A stretch of 38,931 nt of DNA from Planctomycetota bacterium (GTDB taxonomy: Bacteria; Planctomycetota; DG-23; DATKVD01), in the NCBI GenBank assembly GCA_035530235.1, contig DATKVD010000409.1:1-38931 (forward strand), read 5' to 3'. Numbering within the stretch: position 1 is the stretch's first letter; every line of letters starts with the position of its first letter. Below the pieces are notes generated by a model. That model was not told where the DNA came from. It saw nothing but the letters and a program-made list of their open reading frames with translations, and did not search any database. Position numbers and translations under genes: made by a program. Shown in pieces: positions 18,121-25,662 of this stretch.

Positions 18121-18256
18121 GACAGGATCCCCGAAAGGGCGAGCGCACCGCAAGGTGCGTGCGCAAAGTCACGGATCCCTGCAGGGATAGCCGGACTGCC
18201 GAAGGGACGAGTGGGGTTCGACCCGCACCTTCGGTGGAAGGCGCGGGTTGTTTTGT
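18121..18256 (+). promoter_or_regulatory. structured 5' leader (candidate riboswitch/attenuator) upstream of the giant cadherin-repeat gene
   Basis: A GCAA-capped 7-bp hairpin lies at 18143-18160. A weak GAAA-capped hairpin lies at 18130-18139. The helix CGG-ATCCC-tgca-GGGAT-ag-CCG spans 18072+100 (18172-18193). CCGAA(A)GGG(A)CGAG is a direct repeat (18131 and 18199). The helix 18196-18205:18228-18237 competes with the terminator hairpin at 18221-18248. Confidence 0.35.
18221..18256 (+). terminator. intrinsic-terminator-like hairpin plus U-tract inside the leader
   Basis: ACCCGC-a-CCTT / AAGG-c-GCGGGT forms 10 bp with one A.C mismatch and a 6-nt loop, followed by TGTTTTGT (18249-18256). It lies 60-130 nt upstream of the candidate start codons of the giant gene. 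Confidence 0.4.
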
Positions 18257-18315
18257 AAAGGGTTCAAAATATTGAGACGGTGCGCTGACGGCAGCCGGTC
18301 GCTTCACCGCAAGCG

Positions 18316-21300
18316 GTGGCGCGGACCGGACTTGGTGCGAACAGCCAACTGCCGAACGCTTTGCTCGTGAGAGGAACGCGACCTTTGGTGAAGTTTGAAG
18401 CGCTTGAACCCAGACTGCTTCTCGCTGCGGGGTGGGACGTTGTACTCATCGACGACGCCCTCCCCTCGTGGGACATCCTCTCAGCGTCGGCCGTTGAAGC
18501 CGACAGGATCATCCCCTACGACAGCGCCGCCGAGACGGCTGACGATGTCCTATCACGTGTGATTGAACTTGCCGAAGCCAACGATACCAGAATCGATTCA
18601 CTCTGCATCCTCTCGCACGGAGCGCCGGGCCGGTTCGCCCTGGGAAACGAGTGGGTCTCTCAGAGCACGCTTTCGTCGCTCTCCCCCGTCTGGACGAGAC
18701 TGGGCGAGGTGCTTGCCGACGGCGCGGATCTCCTCATCTTCGGGTGCAACGTGGCGGACGACGCCGGGGGACAGGCCCTCTTGGACAGACTGGGTGATCT
18801 TACCGGCGCGGATGTCTTTGCTTCGAACAACTTGACCGGCGTCGGCGGCGACTGGGTGCTGGAAGTGGCTTCGGCAGGCGACGAAGAGGAACTGGCTGCC
18901 GGGCTGGACCTGCCGCTGAACGCCTCGCTGCTCGATGCCTCCGACGTGAGTCTCGCCAACAGCGCCCCGGTGCTGGATAACACGCAGAGCCCGACGCTGA
19001 CGGCCGAGAACGAAGACGCGGGGACGCCCTTGGGGGCGGTGGGGACGCTGGTTTCCAGCCTGGTGGATTTCGCGGTCCCCAGCGGGCAGGTTGATAACGT
19101 GACCGATCCGGACTCGGGGGCCCTGCTGGGCATCGCGGTCACGTCGGCCGATACGACCAACGGCACGTGGCATTACTCCACCGACAACGGCACCAATTGG
19201 TTCGCGTTGGGGGCGGTGGCCAACAACAACGCGCGACTCCTGGCGGCGGACGCCAACACGCGGATCTACTTCCAGCCCAACGCCGACTACAACGGCACCC
19301 TGGCCAGCGCGATCACTTTCCGGGCCTGGGACCAGACCAGCGGAACGAACGGCGGCACGGCCGACACGATTGGCACCAGTAACAGTTTCCTCGATTGTTT
19401 CAGTTCCGCTTCGTACAGCAACAACGATGGGACACAGAGTTGGAGTACGAACTGGATCGAAAACGACATCGACGGTGGCGGTGCGACCGGCGGAAATATC
19501 GATGTGCCGACGCCATTTCTGCGAGTAATTGCGTCGCACGTTGGCGATCGAATCTACCGTGAAGCAGACCTGACCGGTGCATCGGCGGCCACGTTCTCAT
19601 TCTCACTCGATAACCGGATGGTCGGATCGGACCAGGTTGCCGTTCAGGTCTCCGGAGACGGCGGGAGTGGTTATACAACGCTGATGACGATCACGAGTGC
19701 GACCGCCAACGGAACGCTCAGTTTCGACATCTCCGCGTATATCGCCAGCAATACTCGGGTCCGCTTCTATGTCGTGCAGGGGCCACCGGGGCCAAGTGGG
19801 AACGAGGTACGGTTTGATGACGTTCAAATTGAGACTGTGACGGGCCACGGCGGCACCACGGCCTTCTCGTCCGCTACCGACACGGCCAGCCTGGTGATCA
19901 ACGCAATCAACGACGCCCCGATGATTAACGACCAGTCGCTCCCGAACGTCGACGAGAACGGTGCCAACGGGACCTCGGTCGGCACCGTGGTCGCCAGCGA
20001 TCCCGATGCCGGTGATTCGCTCACCTATTCAATCACGGCAGGCAACACGGGAGGGGCGTTTGCGATCGACCCGAACACCGGCGAGATCACGGTCAATAAT
20101 GGTGCGGCTCTCGACTTTGAAACAAACCCGGTCTTCAGTCTGACCGTGCAGGTCGAGGACACCGGAGCGCTCACCGATGATGCGACCGTGACCATCAACC
20201 TGAACGACCTCAACGAATCGCCCAGCATCAACGATCAAAGCCTGCCGAACATCGATGAAAACTCGGCGAACGGGACCTCGGTCGGCACCGTGGTCGCCAG
20301 TGACGTCGATGCCGGCGATTCGCTGACCTATACGATTACTGCCGGGAACACCGGTAATGCTTTCGCCATCGACCCGAACACGGGGGAGATTACCGTCAAC
20401 AACAGTGCGACCCTCGACTTCGAGACAAGGCCGGTCTTCAACCTGACGGTGCGGGTCGAGGACACCGGCGCTCTGACGGATGATGCCACGGTGACGATCA
20501 ACCTGAATGAAGTGAATGAGACCCCGACGATCAACGATCAAAGCCTCCCGAACATTGATGAAAACTCGCCTGACGGGACGAGTGTGGGGACTGGGGTTGC
20601 GAGTGACCCTGATGCCGGCGACAGCCTGACCTACAAGATCACTAGCGGAAACACGGGAAACGCCTTTGCCATTGACCCGGACACCGGTGAGGTCACGGTC
20701 AATAACAGCGGGGCTCTCGACTTCGGGACCGACCCGGTCTTCAACCTGACGGTGCAGGTGAAGGACACCGGTGCCCTGACGGATGATGCGATCGTGACGA
20801 TCGCCCTGAATGACCTCAACGAGTCGCCCATCATCGATGACCAGTCACTGCCGAATGTCGATGAGAACGCTGCGAGCGGCACCTTAGTCGGGACGGTCGT
20901 TGCCAGTGATCCCGATGCGGGGGACAGCTTGACCTACAGCATCACGGGTGGCAATACGGGTAACGGGTTTTCGATCAGTGCCTCCAGTGGTCAGATCAGG
21001 GTGAATAGCAGTGCCGCCCGGGACTTTGAGACGAATCCGGTCTTCTATCTGACCGTCGAGGTCGAGGATACGGGCGGACTGACGGATACCGCGACGGTGA
21101 CGATCAACCTCAATGACCTCAACGAGACCCCGACGATCAACGACCAGTCGCTCCCGAACCTCGACGAGAACAGTGCTAACGGTACCTTGGTCGGCACCGT
21201 GGTCGCCAGTGACGTCGATGCGGGCGATTCGCTGACCTACACGATTACCGGCGGGAACACCGGCAATGCTTTCGCCATCGATCCCAATACCGGCGAGATC

Positions 21301-22803
21301 ACGGTCAATAATTCGGCCGCTCTCGACTTCGAGACCAAGTCGGTCTTCAGCCTGACGGTGCAGGTCGAAGACACGGGTGCCCTGACGGATGATGCGACCG
21401 TGACGATTAATCTGAACGATCTCAACGAGTCGCCCATCATCAATGACCAGTCACTGCCGAATGTCGATGAGAACGGTGCTGATGGAACTCCGGTCGGCAC
21501 CGTCGTCCCCATCGACCCGGATGCGAGCGACTCACTAACGTACACGATCACCGGCGGCAACACCGGCAACGTCTTTGCGATAGACCCCGATACGGGTGAG
21601 ATTACTGTCAACAACTCGGCTGCGCTGGATTTCGAGACGCACCCGGTGTTCAGCCTCACCGTCCGGGTCGAGGACACCGGCGCCCTGACCGACACGGCAA
21701 CCGTGACGATCAATCTCAACGATCTCAACGAGTCCCCGAGTGTTGCCGACCAGGATGTCGTTGTCCTGATAGGCAGTCCCGACGGGACCGCGGTGGGCAC
21801 GATGAGTGCGACCGATCCGGATTCCGGCGACACGCTCACCTACGCAATCACGGGAGGGAACGGCAGCGGAATCTTCGCGATCGACGCGGCGGCCGGGAAA
21901 GTCACGGTGGCAGACGGTGCTGCGCCCGGCGCCGGGGGCGCAATCATCTACGTTCTGACGGTTCAAGTCACGGACGGGGGCGGCATGACCGACACGGCCA
22001 CCCTTACGATCGACCTTGCCCGGCCGTATGAGCCGCCGAGTGTGGATGAGCCCGGATCGTCCGGCGATGAGAACGGGGACGGAGACGACACGGACCGTGA
22101 GGGAAACAAGTCGACGCCCGTTCCAGGTAATCCATCCGACGACGGAGACGGGGATTCGCCCTCGGCACCGGATGAGGGGGCCACCCCTGATTACGGCGGC
22201 GGAAGGGATCCGGCCGGTCCTGCGAAAGATGAAGGGCCGCCGCCCGTTCCCGCAGAGCCGCCTGAGGCGGGAGAGCCCCCTGAGGCGGTGTCAGAACCGC
22301 AACCGGACATTCCAGCGGAGCCCGAGCCGGGGCCCCCTTTGCCCCCGAACGATGTCTCACCGACGCCGACGGCTCCCCAGGTTGTCACTGAGCTGGTGAA
22401 GCCCCTGCCGCCGGTGGCTCCCGTGACGGCGGCTGACGTGGTTTCGGAAACGGCGCCGGTCTGGGAGAGTCTGGACCACCTCGATGAGCACATGGACGAA
22501 CAAGCGGCCCAGCAGGCCCAATGGCAGACGGCCGCGGTCGGCACAACGACGGGCTTGACCTTCGCACTGTCGGTGGGATACATCGTCTGGTCGTACCAGA
22601 GCAGCGGGCTGCTGCTCAGCGTGCTGTCAAGTCTGCGTCTCTGGCGGTGGACCGACCCGCTGCCCATCCTGGAGTACTGGGAGCGGCAGGAACATCAGAG
22701 ACGTCGGAGGAAGAAGGGCTCAGGGGACACCGGCGATTCGGAAGAGAAGCGATTGGCGAGACTGTTTGAGCCGCGTCTCACCAGACACATTGAGACTCAA
22801 TAG
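18316..22803 (+). CDS. giant DUF4347-like / cadherin-repeat surface protein with Pro-rich stalk and C-terminal TM anchor
   Basis: The N-terminus has ..FEALEPRLLLAA, then ILSHGAPGRFALG..LLIFGCNVA..ADVFASNNLTG, which looks like DUF4347. Seven 100-aa cadherin-like repeats follow, then PEPxP-rich low complexity, then the hydrophobic AAVGTTTGLTFALSVGYIVWSY followed by RRRRKK. The codon at 18316 is GTG. TTG 18385 or GTG 18388, 8-11 nt after GAGGAA, are plausible true starts. Confidence 0.85.
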   Translation: MARTGLGANSQLPNALLVRGTRPLVKFEALEPRLLLAAGWDVVLIDDALPSWDILSASAVEADRIIPYDSAAETADDVLSRVIELAEANDTRIDSLCILSHGAPGRFALGNEWVSQSTLSSLSPVWTRLGEVLADGADLLIFGCNVADDAGGQALLDRLGDLTGADVFASNNLTGVGGDWVLEVASAGDEEELAAGLDLPLNASLLDASDVSLANSAPVLDNTQSPTLTAENEDAGTPLGAVGTLVSSLVDFAVPSGQVDNVTDPDSGALLGIAVTSADTTNGTWHYSTDNGTNWFALGAVANNNARLLAADANTRIYFQPNADYNGTLASAITFRAWDQTSGTNGGTADTIGTSNSFLDCFSSASYSNNDGTQSWSTNWIENDIDGGGATGGNIDVPTPFLRVIASHVGDRIYREADLTGASAATFSFSLDNRMVGSDQVAVQVSGDGGSGYTTLMTITSATANGTLSFDISAYIASNTRVRFYVVQGPPGPSGNEVRFDDVQIETVTGHGGTTAFSSATDTASLVINAINDAPMINDQSLPNVDENGANGTSVGTVVASDPDAGDSLTYSITAGNTGGAFAIDPNTGEITVNNGAALDFETNPVFSLTVQVEDTGALTDDATVTINLNDLNESPSINDQSLPNIDENSANGTSVGTVVASDVDAGDSLTYTITAGNTGNAFAIDPNTGEITVNNSATLDFETRPVFNLTVRVEDTGALTDDATVTINLNEVNETPTINDQSLPNIDENSPDGTSVGTGVASDPDAGDSLTYKITSGNTGNAFAIDPDTGEVTVNNSGALDFGTDPVFNLTVQVKDTGALTDDAIVTIALNDLNESPIIDDQSLPNVDENAASGTLVGTVVASDPDAGDSLTYSITGGNTGNGFSISASSGQIRVNSSAARDFETNPVFYLTVEVEDTGGLTDTATVTINLNDLNETPTINDQSLPNLDENSANGTLVGTVVASDVDAGDSLTYTITGGNTGNAFAIDPNTGEITVNNSAALDFETKSVFSLTVQVEDTGALTDDATVTINLNDLNESPIINDQSLPNVDENGADGTPVGTVVPIDPDASDSLTYTITGGNTGNVFAIDPDTGEITVNNSAALDFETHPVFSLTVRVEDTGALTDTATVTINLNDLNESPSVADQDVVVLIGSPDGTAVGTMSATDPDSGDTLTYAITGGNGSGIFAIDAAAGKVTVADGAAPGAGGAIIYVLTVQVTDGGGMTDTATLTIDLARPYEPPSVDEPGSSGDENGDGDDTDREGNKSTPVPGNPSDDGDGDSPSAPDEGATPDYGGGRDPAGPAKDEGPPPVPAEPPEAGEPPEAVSEPQPDIPAEPEPGPPLPPNDVSPTPTAPQVVTELVKPLPPVAPVTAADVVSETAPVWESLDHLDEHMDEQAAQQAQWQTAAVGTTTGLTFALSVGYIVWSYQSSGLLLSVLSSLRLWRWTDPLPILEYWERQEHQRRRRKKGSGDTGDSEEKRLARLFEPRLTRHIETQ
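19909..22008 (+). repeat. seven tandem 300-bp coding repeats (cadherin-like domains)
   Basis: Units start at 19909, 20209, 20509, 20809, 21109, 21409 and 21709. Each encodes N(D/E)xPxINDQSLPNxDEN..GT.VGTVVASD.DAGDSLTY.ITGGNTGNAFAIDPNTGEITVNN..LDFET.PVF.LTV.VEDTGALTDDATVTINLNDL. Units 2 and 5 share long near-identical nucleotide stretches (GGTCGGCACCGTGGTCGCCAGTGACGTCGATGC..). Confidence 0.85.
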
Positions 22804-22815
22804 GGAGGAAGACCC

Positions 22816-25242
22816 ATGTTGGGCAAACGGGCATCGGCGGCAACGCGCATCAGCCTGGGACTGGTGGGGCTGACGGTCACGCTGCTGCTCGTGGCACAGT
22901 TGGTCGGACTTGTACCCGACCGGTCCGAGGCCATTCTCAAAGGCCGAAAGGCGTTGTGCGAGGCCGTTGCGTTTCACTGGGCTATCGCGGCCCAGACATC
23001 GGACCTTTCCTGGATACGGGCCGCGGGGGACAGTGTCGTCAAGCGGAACCCGGACGTCCTCTCGATCGCCCTGCGCTCCGACGACGGAAAACTGCTGGTC
23101 GAGGCAGGCGAGCATGAGGCGTTCTGGGAGGAACTCCCGACCGGTGAGTCCACCGTGAATCAGGCCGTCGTGCCGATCTTCGGGCTTCCGGGCCGCACGC
23201 CCCGGGGCCAGATAGAAGTCCGTTTCGCGTCGCTGGACGGCGGGGGACTGCTTTCGTGGCTGCGGATTCCCATCTTCGGCATGGTGCTCTTTCTCGCCGT
23301 CTGGGGTTTTCTCGTTTTCCGGGTCTACATGGGCAGGACGCTCCAGCACCTCGACCCGTCCAAGGTTGTTCCTGAGCGTGTGAAAGTGGCATTGAACATC
23401 ATGTCGGAGGGCGTGGCGCTCCTGGACGACAGGGAGCGCATCGTTCTGGCGAATGATGTTTTCGCGGCAACCCTCGGTGTTCCCGCGTCCGAGTTGCAGG
23501 GACAGCGTATCGGCGGACTGTCGTGGCGACAGCAGGACTCCGGCAAGCCGCCTGAAGAGTATCCTTGGACGGAGGCCCTGCGTGAAGGAAAGACTCTGCG
23601 CGGCGTCGCGCTGGTGCTGCCGGACGGCCCGAAGGGTGTCCGAACATTTGTGGTCAACGTGACCCCCATCCTGGGTGCGGGCAAGACGCCCAAGGGCGCG
23701 CTCGCGACCTTCGACGATGTCAGTGCCGTCGAAGAGAAGAATGCCCGTCTCCGGGAAATGCTGAAACTGCTCAAGGAATCACAGAAGAAGGTCAACTGCC
23801 AGAACCAGCAACTCCAGGAGTTGGCCGCGCACGACCCGCTGACCGGATGTCTGAACCGCCGTGCCTTCTTCGAGAACGCCGAAATCGCGTGGAGTGCCGC
23901 CAAGAGATACGGCTATCCTCTCGGCTGCATCATGGTGGACGTGGACCATTTCAAAGCGGTCAACGACCGTCACGGGCACGCCGTGGGTGACCAGGTCCTT
24001 CGGGAACTGGCCAGGAGGCTTCAGTTGGGCAGCCGGGACAGCGACGTGATCTGCCGTTACGGCGGAGAGGAGTTCTGTATCCTCCTCTTGCACGCCGACA
24101 TCGAACAGACGTTGAAAGCAGCTGAACACTACCGTAAGTCGATCGAGTCCAAGGATCACGCCGGTATCCCTGTGACGGTGAGCTTGGGTTGTTCGGCCAC
24201 GGAATCCGGGGCGACCGACCTGCACGAGCTGCTCAACCAGGCCGACCAGGCCCTCTATGTGGCCAAGAGATCCGGGCGAAAATGCTCGGCCAGATGGGAC
24301 GACGTAGCCCAAGAGGTGAAAATCGAAAAAACGAGCCCCTTGTCCGAAGAACTCCCGGGGGATGCCAAGTTGGCCGTCCCCATTCCCATCCAGGCCGTGA
24401 ATGCACTGATGGCCGCTCTAGCCCATCGGGACATCACAACGGCGGAACACAGTCGGGAGGTCGCCGAGCTCTGCGTGACAACGGCCGAGGGTCTCATGTC
24501 CCCCAGCGAGTGCTTCGTGCTTGAGGTCGCCGCACTTCTCCACGACATCGGCAAGCTCAGTGTGCCGGATTGGGTCCTGCTCAAGCCCGGGCCGCTTACG
24601 GAGGAAGAGTGGCGGGTAATGCACCACTACAACGAAATGGGCGTCGGAATCATCGCCTCGGCCTTCGCCAGCGCCCAGCTGACCGAAATCGCGCGATACC
24701 ATCGTGCGTGGTACGGCGGACGTCCCGACAAGCCGGCCATGCCGACGGGGAAGGACATTCCGCTCCGGGCCAGGATCCTCGCCATCGGCGATGCCTTCAG
24801 CGCCATGACCGGCAATCGTCCCTATCGCAAAGCCATGCGTCAGGAGGAAGCGTTCGAAGAACTCCGCCGCTGCTCAGACACGCAGTTCGACCGCGAACTG
24901 GTGGAGTTATTCATCGAAAAAGTGCCGGCCCGTGACCAGAGCAGGAGAACCAGTGAGACGGCTTTCTCCGAAGGGACGTTGCTGGAAATCGGCAGGCAGA
25001 CCGAAGGACTTGTCTCGGCTCTGGAGGCTCAGGACATAAGCACGCTGGCGGTCCTCGCCGGGCGACTGGCGGCGGTCGCAACCAAACAGGGAATGCCCAC
25101 GATCGCGCAACGTGCAGCCCAGCTCCAGGAAGCCGCTCGGGGCGATGGTGATCCGGAGACCATTCTCCAACTCACAACCGATCTTCTGAATCTCTCGCGC
25201 CTGGAGCGGGAGAATCACCTCGCCGCCAAACGCAGCTCCTGA
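22816..25242 (+). CDS. membrane sensor PAS-GGDEF (diguanylate cyclase) fused to an HD-GYP-like domain and a helical C-terminal tail
   Basis: ATG 22816 lies 13 nt after the stop of the giant gene, behind GGGAGGAAG. There are two N-terminal TM segments and a PAS-like NIMSEGVALLDDRERIVLAND. RDSDVICRYGGEEFCILL carries an RxxD I-site plus GGEEF (24061-24075). ALLHDIGK supplies the HD (24541-24546). DIPLRARILAIGDAFSAMTGNRPYRKAM is the HD-GYP family C-motif. Confidence 0.85.
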   Translation: MLGKRASAATRISLGLVGLTVTLLLVAQLVGLVPDRSEAILKGRKALCEAVAFHWAIAAQTSDLSWIRAAGDSVVKRNPDVLSIALRSDDGKLLVEAGEHEAFWEELPTGESTVNQAVVPIFGLPGRTPRGQIEVRFASLDGGGLLSWLRIPIFGMVLFLAVWGFLVFRVYMGRTLQHLDPSKVVPERVKVALNIMSEGVALLDDRERIVLANDVFAATLGVPASELQGQRIGGLSWRQQDSGKPPEEYPWTEALREGKTLRGVALVLPDGPKGVRTFVVNVTPILGAGKTPKGALATFDDVSAVEEKNARLREMLKLLKESQKKVNCQNQQLQELAAHDPLTGCLNRRAFFENAEIAWSAAKRYGYPLGCIMVDVDHFKAVNDRHGHAVGDQVLRELARRLQLGSRDSDVICRYGGEEFCILLLHADIEQTLKAAEHYRKSIESKDHAGIPVTVSLGCSATESGATDLHELLNQADQALYVAKRSGRKCSARWDDVAQEVKIEKTSPLSEELPGDAKLAVPIPIQAVNALMAALAHRDITTAEHSREVAELCVTTAEGLMSPSECFVLEVAALLHDIGKLSVPDWVLLKPGPLTEEEWRVMHHYNEMGVGIIASAFASAQLTEIARYHRAWYGGRPDKPAMPTGKDIPLRARILAIGDAFSAMTGNRPYRKAMRQEEAFEELRRCSDTQFDRELVELFIEKVPARDQSRRTSETAFSEGTLLEIGRQTEGLVSALEAQDISTLAVLAGRLAAVATKQGMPTIAQRAAQLQEAARGDGDPETILQLTTDLLNLSRLERENHLAAKRSS

Positions 25243-25662
25243 CGCGATCGATGCGGTGCTGATGACGGGTTACGGTGCTTCCGCCGCAGACGGTTGGCGG
25301 CTTGCATGCAACCCGCTGCCGTGATATGAGACAGGCCCTCGTTTCTCAACCCCTGTTCCCACCGAGGGCCTGAAGATGCCATCCATGGCAGTCTCCCGCA
25401 TCCCTCCCCGAGCTGGACTCGGACCAGGAATCCGCCGAGGCGGATTGACAGCCTTTCGCGATCTGCGGGAGCGGGATTGCCTCATGCTGGCGCGATTCAT
25501 CACCGGAGACAGGCCGCGTCTGTGCGTTTGATCCGAGGGCGCATGTGAACTGCCGGGAGGGAGGTCACTTCTTGTCGGTCTTGGCGGGTTCTTCGGGTTT
25601 CTTCTCGAGCTTCTTCAACGGTTCGGCGGCCCGTCGGCCCCTGGTTATTCACTTGTCCTTAT

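Noticed and set aside
17008-18153. Full 381-aa version of the ankyrin ORF
   Set aside because: The N-terminal 190 residues are low-complexity (PPPPP, GGGG) with no SD. The internal ATGATG at 17583 has a strong SD and gives a sensible TM anchor plus ankyrin architecture.
18121-18200. Class I c-di-GMP (GEMM-I) riboswitch assignment for the leader
   Set aside because: Only GCGCAAAGTCACGG and GNRA-capped hairpins are reminiscent. I could not fit the GGCAAAC segment or the P1/P2 geometry by eye. It is kept as an unclassified structured leader.
18203-18235. GGGACGAGTGGGGTTCGACCCG resembles the 5' end of tmRNA (GGGG..GGATTCGAC)
   Set aside because: A ~350-nt tmRNA would run into the giant gene. 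No tag reading frame or T-arm/ACCA 3' end could be found. The segment fits better as the loop of the antiterminator helix.
17381-18275. ORFs 17381..18190 (269 aa) and 17919..18275 (118 aa) in the long intergenic region
   Set aside because: Their composition is Arg/Gly/Cys-rich and irregular, they have no SD, and they overlap the ankyrin gene antisense or the structured leader. Treated as non-coding.
25333-25371. 9-bp hairpin AGGCCCTCG...CGAGGGCCT as terminator of the GGDEF gene
   Set aside because: It has a 21-nt loop and no T-tract on either strand. That is insufficient for an intrinsic terminator call.
25270-25503. 77-aa minus-strand ORF between the convergent GGDEF and rhomboid genes
   Set aside because: It is Arg/Ser/Pro-rich, has no SD, and sits in a convergent terminator region. 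Likely spurious.
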